Source: Sarcina sp.
GTDB lineage: Bacteria; Bacillota; Clostridia; Clostridiales; Clostridiaceae
Reading direction: 5' to 3'
Assembly (NCBI GenBank): GCA_051650125.1
Contig: JBOFIK010000052.1
Location: forward strand, 1-64,000
DNA: 64,000 nucleotides
This document shows, one piece after another, positions 18,500 through 27,890 of this stretch. Each line of letters begins with the position of its first letter. Position 1 is the first letter of the stretch. Both the position numbers and the translations under genes were made by a program. The notes beneath the pieces were generated by a model. That model saw only the letters and a program-made list of their open reading frames with translations, had not been told where the DNA came from and ran no database searches.

Positions 18500-19672
18500 T
18501 TAAAACTCTAATAAATTATCATCTTTTAGCAACTTGTATAAAGTAGGTTCTATATTAAATTCATTTATTATAGCTTCAACTTCTGCAAGTGATTTCTCTT
18601 TCTTTTCCATTGAAACTTTCCCTTTAGATGCTCTAATTAAAATGTTCTTTGGTGAATGAGAAATATCTATAAATTCTAGTAACTGAGTTTTATATCCTAA
18701 ACACTCTAAAAGACTTCCTCTAACTGAATCAGTCATAAGTGCAGCCATTCTTTCCTTTATAATTCCATACTTAGTTATTGCAGTAAGATTTTCTGTGCTT
18801 ATCTGCTCATTAAATTCATGCTGACAACATGGAACTGAGAATATCATTTTTGTATTCCACTTAATAGCATTGTATAATGCATAATCAGTCGCAGTATTAC
18901 AAGCATGAAGTGTTATAACCATATCAACCTTATTATTATACTTGAATCCATTTATATCTCCAAGCTCGAAATGAAGATTCTCGTAATTATATCTTTTAGC
19001 TATGTCATTACACTTGTTAATAACATCTTTTTTAAGATCTAATCCTATTATTTTTACATCTATCTTTTTAATCTCTACAAAATAATAATAAAGAACAAAT
19101 GTAAGATATGATTTACCACAACCAAAATCTAATATAGTAAGCTCCTTATAATCTTTCTTTTTAACTTCATCATCTATTATTTCAATAAATCTGTTAATTT
19201 GCTTATACTTATCATATTTTGAATTTATAACTTTTCCTTCCTTTGTGAAAACGCCTAAATCTATCAAAGGTTCAATTATCATTCCCTCTTTAAGAATATA
19301 ATTTTTTTCTTTATTATGAGAAGTTTTTCCTCTCATGTTTGAATTATCTGTTTTTTTCTTATTTAAAAGTATTTTTCCTTTTTTAGAAATTTTCATTTCA
19401 GCAGTAAATTCATCTGCCCAAATTCCAACTTGCTTATAATTACCCTCTAAACATTCTAAAACTTTTTCCTCTAATTCATCTTTTCCGATGTTCTCATGAA
19501 ACACTTGCTTGTCTGTATATTTCTCTACTTGATAAGACTCCATAGAGTCTTTTAGTTTTACACTAAAAATAACTTTATTATATTCGTAGTCTTTGTTCAT
19601 TTTATTACTTAAAACCACTTTTATAATGTCAGTATTTAAAATTCCATTTATTTTCACTCTTAATTCATCCAT
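18500..19672 (-). CDS. SAM-dependent methyltransferase with an N-terminal domain of unknown function
   Basis: Motif I ILDFGCGKSYLTFVLYYYF. Motif post-I IGLDLKKD. 390 aa. Confidence 0.7.
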   Translation of the reverse strand: MDELRVKINGILNTDIIKVVLSNKMNKDYEYNKVIFSVKLKDSMESYQVEKYTDKQVFHENIGKDELEEKVLECLEGNYKQVGIWADEFTAEMKISKKGKILLNKKKTDNSNMRGKTSHNKEKNYILKEGMIIEPLIDLGVFTKEGKVINSKYDKYKQINRFIEIIDDEVKKKDYKELTILDFGCGKSYLTFVLYYYFVEIKKIDVKIIGLDLKKDVINKCNDIAKRYNYENLHFELGDINGFKYNNKVDMVITLHACNTATDYALYNAIKWNTKMIFSVPCCQHEFNEQISTENLTAITKYGIIKERMAALMTDSVRGSLLECLGYKTQLLEFIDISHSPKNILIRASKGKVSMEKKEKSLAEVEAIINEFNIEPTLYKLLKDDNLLEF

Positions 19673-19813
19673 ACTTTAACACACCTAACTACCTTTATTT
19701 TAAATTCAATTCTATAAACAATAATACAACAGTATACTTGTCCTTTTCAAATAAATAATTTTGTAACCATTATTTGTTATAATAAAATCCAGACTTAAAC
19801 TAAGGAGGTTTAT

Positions 19814-20359
19814 ATGAAATTTCACATACTTTTGCTTGTAGCCGTTGTGGCTATAGTAGTCATATTCAAGTACTTTACAGTCAAAAAATTTAATAAAGAT
19901 TTAAATTATGATGACCCTAAAAACTCAAATCACAAAAAATACGATTTAACTATTTTAAATGATTTACATAATATAAACAATTTTTTACATAGTGCTATAA
20001 ATCATATCTTTGTAGGTACTATCAATATACATGGTGAAGCTGATGGTTATCACTATGACAATATAAAAAATACAAATAGTACAATAATTTCTAATACTAA
20101 AACAACACTAAATAAATATGATGTTTATAAGGCTAAGGTTATTGTTAATAGAAAATATAAATCTGATGATGGTGGTTATTCAACATTTTTTCCAAATAAT
20201 CATTCACCACAAGATGTTATTAATTCTATAAACGAAGCCTATTCTAATAAACATCATATTGACGGTAATATTTATATCGGTAGGGCTAATAATGGAATGG
20301 AAATAGAAATGTATCTTACAGATGACTACAAAATAATTTCTGCATTCCCTAAATATTAA
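19814..20359 (+). CDS. Membrane-anchored/secreted protein with a bacterial EndoU-like RNase domain
   Basis: N-terminal TM/signal sequence MKFHILLLVAVVAIVVIF. C-terminal blocks GTINIHGEADGYHY ... YSTFFPNNHSPQDVINSINEAYSN ... GNIYIGRANNGMEIEMYLTDDYKIISAFP recall the EndoU_bacteria toxin domain (STfFP ... AyP). Confidence 0.5.
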   Translation: MKFHILLLVAVVAIVVIFKYFTVKKFNKDLNYDDPKNSNHKKYDLTILNDLHNINNFLHSAINHIFVGTINIHGEADGYHYDNIKNTNSTIISNTKTTLNKYDVYKAKVIVNRKYKSDDGGYSTFFPNNHSPQDVINSINEAYSNKHHIDGNIYIGRANNGMEIEMYLTDDYKIISAFPKY

Positions 20360-20423
20360 GCTTGACTCTATAAGATTATTATGTTAAACTAAGTTTACAG
20401 TTGGTACTTAATAGTGCTGTCTT

Positions 20424-20466
20424 GTAGAGCATGGGTCTTTCGCCGGAACCATGCTCTACTTTTTTT
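20424..20466 (+). terminator. Rho-independent terminator
   Basis: gtagagcatgg-gtctttcgccggaa-ccatgctctac ttttttt. Confidence 0.8.
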
Positions 20467-20514
20467 ATACAAAAAAATAATAGCTGAAAAAGCTATATAA
20501 GGGGATATATAATA

Positions 20515-21636
20515 GTGAATTTTAAAGAACTTGGAATAAAAGAAAATACAGTTAACATACTAAAGAAAAATGGAATTATACAGCCTACTGCAATACAAGA
20601 GGAAAGTATTCCTTCAATATTAAAAGGAGCTGATGTAATTGGTGAGGCTAAAACCGGAACAGGTAAAACACTTGCTTTCCTTTTACCTACAATGCAAAAT
20701 ATTTCAACAAAAAATAGTAATACTCAAGTTTTAGTACTTTCTCCTACAAGAGAACTTGCTATACAAATTACTGATGAAGCTCAAAAACTTACTATTGATT
20801 CAGATATTAAACTTTTAGCTGCTTATGGTGGTAAAGATGTTGGATCACAACTAAAAAAATTAAAAAATGATATTCATATGGTAGTTGCTACTCCTGGTAG
20901 ACTTTTAGACCATATACAAAGAAAAAGCATTGACCTTAGTAAAATTAGCACAGTTATAATTGATGAGGCTGACCAAATGTTACTTATGGGGTTCAAAAAT
21001 GAAATCAATGAGATAATGGCACGTGTTCCTAAAAAGTGTCAAACACTTTGTTTCTCTGCTACTATGGATTCAGCAGTAAAAAAACTTGCTTATAGATATA
21101 TGACAGAGCCTAAATTTATAGAAATTAAAGAAGAATCAGTAACTGTTGATTCCATCAATCAAGAAGTTGTTGAAACTACTGATAGATGGAAACAAGATGC
21201 TCTTTGTAGTGCTTTTGAAGAGGATAATCCATTTATGGCAATCATCTTCTGTCGAACTAAAAGAAGAGCTGATGAACTTGAAGCCGGTTTATATAGAAGA
21301 AAAATCAAATGTGAAAAAATCCATAGTGATGTACCACAAGCTAAAAGAGAAAAGATTATGAAAGCTTTTAGAAAAGCTGATATTCAGTATCTTATAGCTA
21401 CTGATGTCGCATCAAGAGGTATAGATATTTCAGGAGTTACTCATATTTACAACTATGATATGCCTGAAAGTGTAGAAAGTTATATCCATAGAATAGGTAG
21501 AACTGGTAGAGCTGGTGAAGGTGGATATGCTTGTATGTTCACAGATCCTAAAAACTTACCTATGCTTGAAGAAATAGAAAAAACTATTGGATTCAAAATT
21601 AAAAGAAGAGATTTAGATATTAAAAAAACTAAATAA
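20515..21636 (+). CDS. DEAD-box ATP-dependent RNA helicase
   Basis: Q motif, AKTGTGKT, PTRELA, DEAD (IIDEADQML), SAT, HRIGRTGRAG. Confidence 0.9.
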   Translation: MNFKELGIKENTVNILKKNGIIQPTAIQEESIPSILKGADVIGEAKTGTGKTLAFLLPTMQNISTKNSNTQVLVLSPTRELAIQITDEAQKLTIDSDIKLLAAYGGKDVGSQLKKLKNDIHMVVATPGRLLDHIQRKSIDLSKISTVIIDEADQMLLMGFKNEINEIMARVPKKCQTLCFSATMDSAVKKLAYRYMTEPKFIEIKEESVTVDSINQEVVETTDRWKQDALCSAFEEDNPFMAIIFCRTKRRADELEAGLYRRKIKCEKIHSDVPQAKREKIMKAFRKADIQYLIATDVASRGIDISGVTHIYNYDMPESVESYIHRIGRTGRAGEGGYACMFTDPKNLPMLEEIEKTIGFKIKRRDLDIKKTK

Positions 21637-21641
21637 AATAA

Positions 21642-21680
21642 AACAATCCCTAAGTGAGCTATTCACTTAGGGATTGTTTT
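21642..21680. terminator. Bidirectional terminator
   Basis: aaacaatccctaagtga-gct-attcacttagggattgtttt. Confidence 0.85.
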
Positions 21681-21695
21681 ATCTACACATACTTT

Positions 21696-21890
21696 TTATC
21701 TAACTCTTTTTCTTGCAAAAAATGATATTGAGTAAAGTCCTGATATCCCAACAAGAATGTAAATTATTCCACTTAAAACACCTATTCCAAAAATTGCTTC
21801 AACAAGATTAAAACCAAATAATCCTATAAGCCCCCAGTTAATAGCACCTACTATAACTAAAAGTAATAATATTCCATCTAATATTTTCAT
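21696..21890 (-). CDS. DUF378-family small membrane protein
   Basis: MKILDGILLLLVIVGAINWGLIGLFGFNLV is the family signature. Two TM. Confidence 0.7.
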   Translation of the reverse strand: MKILDGILLLLVIVGAINWGLIGLFGFNLVEAIFGIGVLSGIIYILVGISGLYSISFFARKRVR

Positions 21891-21970
21891 AAATATACTC
21901 CTCCTTTGTTCTTTTAATTATAGTATCCCCCATCAACTTTATATTATTATTATTTAATTTATAATCACCA

Positions 21971-22321
21971 CTAATTTTTTTCCCTAAAATAAAACTGAGC
22001 AATATCTATAAAATCCCTCTCGAGCGGAAGGTCCACTCTCCAATTATTAGGTTCATCTTCTTCTATTAAAAAGTTATATATTTCTGTTACTTCTTCAAGA
22101 TTACTCTTTGCTCTCTCTACATCCTGTGTTACAATAATTTCTGCTCTAAGACTATTATCCACTAACTGTGCATATTTTTTAGTTAAATTTTCTAACTCTA
22201 TCTTATCATCCTCAACTTGAACTAAATAGTCCTTAACATCCTTTTCTAAAAATACTTTTTTCCCTTTATTTAATGCGCAATATTCTTCATATCCTGTATC
22301 CTCTTCTCGCAAAATAAACAC
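21971..22321 (-). CDS. Hypothetical acidic cytosolic protein (116 aa)
   Basis: ORF with RBS. No motif recognised. Confidence 0.45.
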   Translation of the reverse strand: MFILREEDTGYEEYCALNKGKKVFLEKDVKDYLVQVEDDKIELENLTKKYAQLVDNSLRAEIIVTQDVERAKSNLEEVTEIYNFLIEEDEPNNWRVDLPLERDFIDIAQFYFREKN

Positions 22322-22511
22322 CCCTTTCTTTATTTTAATTCTTAACCTTCATAGCTTATCTTAAACTACTCTTTTAAATAATCACCTGTCATTTTTCACA
22401 TCCCTTATATCAAACTATATACCCACATTTATACACCCTATATTATTGTTGCAACTTTTAAAAACCCCATTCCCTTTATACAAATTTTACCATATTTTAT
22501 AATATAAAAAA

Positions 22512-22548
22512 ATAGTAGCTAGTTTATTACTACTAGCTACTAAACTAA
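22512..22548 (-). terminator. Terminator downstream of the glyoxalase gene
   Basis: On the minus strand: tagtagctagt-agtaataa-actagctacta ttttttt. Confidence 0.7.
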
Positions 22549-22550
22549 GA

Positions 22551-22934
22551 TTATAAGTTTCTTAAAACTTCAACCTTATATCCGTCTGGATCAGTTACAA
22601 AATAATACTTTGGTGGTTCTCCTGGAAGTCCTTTTAATGGAGTTACTTCATATCCCATTTCGATATGTTTCTCTCTTAAAGCTTCAAGGTCATCTACACC
22701 TATTGCTATATGACTGAATCCATCACCTATAACATAAGGCTTCTCTGGGTCATAATTATATGTTAATTCAACCTCATATCCTCCAACTACGTCAGAAAGA
22801 TATACTAAATCAAACTTATACTCTGGAAATTCTTTTCTTCTTGTTTCTACAAGTCCTAATGCATCTCTATAAAATTCTAAAGATTTTTGAAGATTCATAA
22901 CTCTAAGACATGTATGCAACATTTTTATTGCCAT
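22551..22934 (-). CDS. gloA: Lactoylglutathione lyase (glyoxalase I, VOC family)
   Basis: 127 aa. LHTCLRV ... SHIAIGVDD ... GY(K/E)VE pattern of single-domain GloA. Confidence 0.75.
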   Translation of the reverse strand: MAIKMLHTCLRVMNLQKSLEFYRDALGLVETRRKEFPEYKFDLVYLSDVVGGYEVELTYNYDPEKPYVIGDGFSHIAIGVDDLEALREKHIEMGYEVTPLKGLPGEPPKYYFVTDPDGYKVEVLRNL

Positions 22935-23011
22935 GTAAAAACACCCCTTCTCTCACATTTTGTATTTTGTTCCCATTTATAATTATACTACAAAATATGA
23001 ATTTAGTTTGC

Positions 23012-23374
23012 TTATTTTTTCGATTTTGGCATTCTTAAAATACACATAAGCCCTGCAACTGTAAATAATATAGCTGGTAACATATAAAGGAACATAGATA
23101 TTAAGAATCCACCTAAGCCACTTATGAGCATAAAAACACCTGCTAGTGTACTATTAGAATTTGCTAAAATTGCTCCTACAATACCCAAAATTGATAATAT
23201 CACAAGTATTGTTCCAGTCTTTTCTAAAAAGTAATTTTCAAGCCCCATGATGTTATTCATTGGCATAAGATTCATAAAACCACCTATGATACCATCAAAT
23301 AAACCTACTATAATACCAATAATTCCTGCTATTATTCCTAAAATAAATTCTGCTCTTCTTCTCATTAAAATCAC
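23012..23374 (-). CDS. Small polytopic membrane protein (DUF4064-like)
   Basis: Four TM, 120 aa. Confidence 0.5.
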   Translation of the reverse strand: MILMRRRAEFILGIIAGIIGIIVGLFDGIIGGFMNLMPMNNIMGLENYFLEKTGTILVILSILGIVGAILANSNSTLAGVFMLISGLGGFLISMFLYMLPAILFTVAGLMCILRMPKSKK

Positions 23375-23519
23375 ACTCCTAAATTATTCAACTAAATTAT
23401 AAATAAATCTAAATCTTTCTTAAACTTAGCCTACATTTATTTTTACCAATACTTAGTTAAATATTCCAAAAGAAAAAAACTACCTTGTAATTAATAATTA
23501 CAAGGTAGTTTTTAAAGTT

Positions 23520-25097
23520 TTAAGCTTTTAAATGCGCATCACAATGAACACAAAGACTTTCTAACCTATCTCTTAGGTTTATTTCTTTGTTTTCACTAAC
23601 CATTACACTAATCTTATCGCCTGACATCATGACTGTATCACCATCTGGAATAAGATGTGTTCCCTCTCTCTCAATAGAAATAACAAGTGTATGATCTACA
23701 AGTTTTATTTCTTTTAACTTCTTACCAACAATTGATGAACCCATCTCGATTATATAAGAAACTATTATTTCTGCACTTTCACTTGTTACAGGTGTTCCAT
23801 TTTGTGCATGTAATCTCATTTTGAATAATGATTCATACACTGGCTCACATCTTAATAACTCTGCTGTAAGATATGCAACACCACAAACTAGAGCAATTCC
23901 TCCAATTTGTGTAAATGACCCACTCATCTCACAAACAAGTACAAATCCTGTTATAGGTGCTCTTACTATTGACGCAAACATTGCTGCCATAGCAAATAAT
24001 ACAAATGTGTTCATAAACACAGGATTAACTCCTAGATACATAACTGAAACATCACCAAATATTATACCAACTAATGAGCCAAGTGTTAGAAGTGGAAATA
24101 AAATTCCTCCTGGTGTTCCAGCACAGAAACTGATCATTGAAAATATAAACTTTGCAACAAGTAATATTATTGCAAATTTTAAAACAGTTCCATTAACTAA
24201 AATATTGTTTATTAAGTGAATTCCTCCACCTAAAACTTGTGGTATAAATATTCCGAAAAACATAGCACAGATAAATGGTATTATCATTCTATACTTTACA
24301 GGAACATTTATCTTTTTGTATAATCCCATAGTTTTTACAAGTGTTTTATTATATACAACCCCTGCTAGTCCCATAATAATACCAAGAACTATTATATATG
24401 GGTAATATTTTAATGGTAATACTGGCATTACATGAGTTGATAGAATGTGCTTTGAACCAAAAAAGCCCCAAGTAACTATATCTGCTGATACTGACGCTGC
24501 AATTGCAGATACAAATAATGTTGGTGTGAATTTTTTATGCACTTCTTCTAATACAAACATAACCCCTGCAAAAGGCGCATTAAATGCTGCTGCAAGACCT
24601 GCACCAGCTCCACTTGATATTAAAAATCTTTTTTCTAGTTTAAGTCTTTTAGTTAAGTTTCCATAAAGGTTAGCAACTGTTGCACCAATTTGAATTGATG
24701 GTCCTTCAATTCCAAGTGACAATCCTGAACCTATTGCAAGAACTCCACCAACAAACTTATAAATTAGAACCTTCACTGGTGAGGGTTCTTTAAAGTGACC
24801 TGTTAATATCCCCTCTATTTGTGGGATACCACTTCCACTAATCATCGACTCATCTTGTACCATATATCCTACAATAAGACCTATTATAGCTAAAACTACG
24901 AGCCCTATTAATATATACCACTTATTATTAGCTAAAAATGCATATGTAGCAAAAGTATATTTATCTATATGATCTAACACTAATCTGTAAATTGATATTA
25001 TAAGACCAGCTATTAAACCCACTATAACGCTTTGCAGTACTATTCTAAGCTTTATTCCAGTAAGCATATCGTACATCTTTGAAATTTTACTGTCCAT
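23520..25097 (-). CDS. ClC-family voltage-gated chloride channel/antiporter with a C-terminal TrkA-C (RCK_C) domain
   Basis: GSGIPQIEG selectivity motif, GIEGP, GxFxP region. C-terminal 90 aa matches the TrkA-C fold (LKEIKLVDHTLVISIEREG). Confidence 0.85.
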   Translation of the reverse strand: MDSKISKMYDMLTGIKLRIVLQSVIVGLIAGLIISIYRLVLDHIDKYTFATYAFLANNKWYILIGLVVLAIIGLIVGYMVQDESMISGSGIPQIEGILTGHFKEPSPVKVLIYKFVGGVLAIGSGLSLGIEGPSIQIGATVANLYGNLTKRLKLEKRFLISSGAGAGLAAAFNAPFAGVMFVLEEVHKKFTPTLFVSAIAASVSADIVTWGFFGSKHILSTHVMPVLPLKYYPYIIVLGIIMGLAGVVYNKTLVKTMGLYKKINVPVKYRMIIPFICAMFFGIFIPQVLGGGIHLINNILVNGTVLKFAIILLVAKFIFSMISFCAGTPGGILFPLLTLGSLVGIIFGDVSVMYLGVNPVFMNTFVLFAMAAMFASIVRAPITGFVLVCEMSGSFTQIGGIALVCGVAYLTAELLRCEPVYESLFKMRLHAQNGTPVTSESAEIIVSYIIEMGSSIVGKKLKEIKLVDHTLVISIEREGTHLIPDGDTVMMSGDKISVMVSENKEINLRDRLESLCVHCDAHLKA

Positions 25098-25484
25098 TCA
25101 CTTCTCCTATAAAGGCCGACCTTGCCTATTCAATTTTTCTTCTCTCACAGTAATCTTTCTGTGACGCATTACAACTTAGTTATACTCTTTTTATCTATCT
25201 CTATCAATCTTTTCCTTAACATCTAATCTATATAGAATTATATGGAAACTAAAAAAAACACCTTATTTTTAGCAATTCTTAATTTAAAACTAATTATATT
25301 TCAACATTTACCAATTTTAAGCTATAATTTTTCACTTATAGCAAAATTTTATTTCCAAATAAAATAAAGCATTTATACTTTATTTGAACTTTCACAAAAA
25401 AGTTTAAATAACCAAACTTGTAAGTTTTTTGATATAAAACTATAATTAGCATATACTTATAGTTTAACTAAGGAGGCATTTTAA

Positions 25485-25997
25485 ATGGGTAAACCAGCAC
25501 AATATTTTATAGAATCATTAGATATGATTGCCCACCCAGAGGGTGGTTATTACAAACCTAGTTTTGAATCAGAAGAAAGAATAACATCTACTGACCTTGA
25601 AACCAAATTTGAAGGTGAAAGAATACTATGGACTAGCATTTACTTTTTACTAAGGGATGGTGAAGTTTCTAACTTCCATAGACTAAAGTCGGATGAAATG
25701 TGGTATTACCATGCAGGCAATTCTCTTACAATATATATGATAAGCCCAGAAGGTATACTTACAACAAAGCAACTTGGTCTAGATATAAAAAATGGAGAAA
25801 GCCCTCAGGTTCTAGTTCCTAAGAATTACATATTTGGCTCTGCTATGAATAATGAAGGATTTTCTTTAGTTGGATGTATGGTATCTCCTGGATTTGAATT
25901 CAAAGATTTTGAGTTATTTGAAAGACATTGTCTTTTAGACTTATATCCACAACATAGCAATCTAATAAGAAAATTAACTAAAAACCCAAATAAGTAA
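25485..25997 (+). CDS. Cupin-fold protein (DUF985 family)
   Basis: IAHPEGGYYKPSFES ... YYHAGN are signature blocks. Confidence 0.7.
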   Translation: MGKPAQYFIESLDMIAHPEGGYYKPSFESEERITSTDLETKFEGERILWTSIYFLLRDGEVSNFHRLKSDEMWYYHAGNSLTIYMISPEGILTTKQLGLDIKNGESPQVLVPKNYIFGSAMNNEGFSLVGCMVSPGFEFKDFELFERHCLLDLYPQHSNLIRKLTKNPNK

Positions 25998-26062
25998 TAA
26001 AAATATATCTCACTTAAAAAATGGTATAATTACCTATATTCTAAAATAAAGGAGGCATAACA

Positions 26063-26866
26063 ATGGAAAAACTAACTATACTCGGAACAGGTTCAGCTAT
26101 GGTAACTAAATGTTATAACACTTGTTTCACTATTTCAGATGGAAATGAGCATTTTCTTGTAGATGCAGGTGGTGGAAACACTATTCTTGTTAATCTTGAA
26201 AAAGCTAACATTAATATAGATAAAATTAAACATATGTTTATATCACATACTCATGGGGATCATATACTTGGTGCACCTTGGGTAATAAGAGCAGTTGCAA
26301 CTAAAATAGCTAAAAAATCTTATGATGGAATATTTACTGTATATGGTGAAAAGTCTGTTTTAATTGCTATAAAGACTATCTGTAACTTTGTACTAAAACA
26401 AAAATTTCTAGATATGATAGATAATCAAATAATATTTAAAGAAGTAACTGATGGAGAGACTTTAAGTATACTTGGAAGAGATACTACTTTCTTTGATATC
26501 AAAAGTACAAAACTTCTTCAATATGGATTTAAAACTACTCTTCTAAATGAAAAATCACTTGTGTTTATAGGTGATGAACCTTATAGAGAAGAAGAAAAAG
26601 AATATGTTTTAAATACTGACTATCTTTTACACGAGGCATTTTGTCTTTACTCTGAAAAAGATAAGTATAAACCTTATGAAAAACATCATGCAACAGCAAA
26701 AGATGCTTGTGCTAATGCAAGTCTTGTAAATGCTAAAAATGTTATCATCTATCATACAGAAGATGACCAATTAGATAAAAGAAAAGAACTTTACACAAAT
26801 GAAGGTAAAGCTGAATTTACTGGAAATATACTAGTTCCGGATGATTTAGAAATTATTACTCTTTAA
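26063..26866 (+). CDS. MBL-fold metallo-hydrolase
   Basis: HxHxDH (ISHTHGDHILG) plus downstream His/Asp ligands. Confidence 0.8.
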   Translation: MEKLTILGTGSAMVTKCYNTCFTISDGNEHFLVDAGGGNTILVNLEKANINIDKIKHMFISHTHGDHILGAPWVIRAVATKIAKKSYDGIFTVYGEKSVLIAIKTICNFVLKQKFLDMIDNQIIFKEVTDGETLSILGRDTTFFDIKSTKLLQYGFKTTLLNEKSLVFIGDEPYREEEKEYVLNTDYLLHEAFCLYSEKDKYKPYEKHHATAKDACANASLVNAKNVIIYHTEDDQLDKRKELYTNEGKAEFTGNILVPDDLEIITL

Positions 26867-26872
26867 AAAAAC

Positions 26873-26915
26873 AAGAAATCGACATAGCTAGCGATTTCTT
26901 GTTTTTTTATTTTTT
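26873..26915 (+). terminator. Rho-independent terminator
   Basis: acaagaaatcg-acatagcta-gcgatttcttg ttttttt. Confidence 0.85.
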
Positions 26916-27172
26916 ATTTAAATTTACAAAAAAATCAGCTACCTTGGTAGAAGTAGCTGATTAGCATTAGTTATTTTCTTAAGATGTATTAGCGATGATA
27001 TAAATATACCATAACTTTTTCTAAAAACTAATGAAAATGAAAAGCTTTTACATTTTTTATAATTAGTTTTAAAAGTTTATTTTCTTATCATTTTCACTAG
27101 TATATTTCACTTTTTTTGTTCAAAATATTGACCTTTGTGGAGTCTTAGTATAAACTTATAAAAGTTAAATAA

Positions 27173-27212
27173 GACAGTTTGAGAGCCTCCTGTCTATAAA
27201 CAAAACTACGGC
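27173..27212 (+). promoter_or_regulatory. Candidate preQ1-I riboswitch aptamer upstream of queT
   Basis: 5-bp P1 GACAG/CUGUC, 12-nt loop, then the A-rich tail UAUAAACAAAACUACGG. The tail closely resembles the T. tengcongensis preQ1-I tail UUAACAAAACAAGG. A queT gene lies downstream, but the aptamer is about 125 nt from the RBS. Confidence 0.45.
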
Positions 27213-27336
27213 AAACTCAGTTTTTAATTTCTATTAAAGCTTATTTTTTGCATGCGCAATTATTAAGTTAGATTTTAATTTCTCTATTTCGCGGTAGTTC
27301 ATCAAAATTTGTATAGGCTCGGAAATCGGGGGAATT

Positions 27337-27837
27337 ATGAATAAAAATACTAAAACAAAAAAACTTGTAATATCTGCACTTATCGCAGCAATATATGCTG
27401 CACTAACACTTTGGCTTGCACCAATAAGTTATGGTAATATTCAATGTAGACTTTCAGAAGTTATGGTCCTACTTGCATTTGTAGATCCATTCTATATTTG
27501 GGGACTTACACTTGGATGCCTTATAGCAAATGGTCTTGGGCCTGATGCAGTTTCAAATATTATATTTGGAGTACCTGCAACATTTATAAGTGTATTATTT
27601 GTAGCTTATACTGGAAAATGGTTCAGACATAAAAAATGGGCTATTTATGTAGCATCACTTTGGCCTGTACTATTTAATGGTCTTATAATAGGGTATATGC
27701 TTCATATATTATTTGCACTTCCATTAGCATTAACAATGCTTCAAGTTGGAATTGGTGAATTTATCGCTGTTTCAATAGCTGGAATAATAGTTTATAAGCT
27801 TGTATTTGTTAAACTGAAAAAAATGAATGTAATATAG
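27337..27837 (+). CDS. queT: QueT-family queuosine-precursor transporter (ECF-type S component-like)
   Basis: 166 aa, five TM. ISALIAAIYAALTL ... RLSEVMVLLAF blocks typical of QueT. GGGGGA RBS. Confidence 0.7.
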   Translation: MNKNTKTKKLVISALIAAIYAALTLWLAPISYGNIQCRLSEVMVLLAFVDPFYIWGLTLGCLIANGLGPDAVSNIIFGVPATFISVLFVAYTGKWFRHKKWAIYVASLWPVLFNGLIIGYMLHILFALPLALTMLQVGIGEFIAVSIAGIIVYKLVFVKLKKMNVI

Positions 27838-27849
27838 ATAAAAAACTAG

Positions 27850-27890
27850 AGTGAACTTACTAATTTAAAGTAGGTTCACTCCTTATTTTT
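27850..27890. terminator. Bidirectional terminator between queT and the flotillin gene
   Basis: gagtgaacttact-aatttaa-agtaggttcactc, with U-runs on both sides. Confidence 0.75.

Noticed and set aside
25098-25484. Possible fluoride (crcB) riboswitch upstream of the ClC gene
   Set aside because: No crcB-motif consensus is visible. This ClC has a TrkA-C tail and is not a ClC-F type, so no riboswitch is expected.
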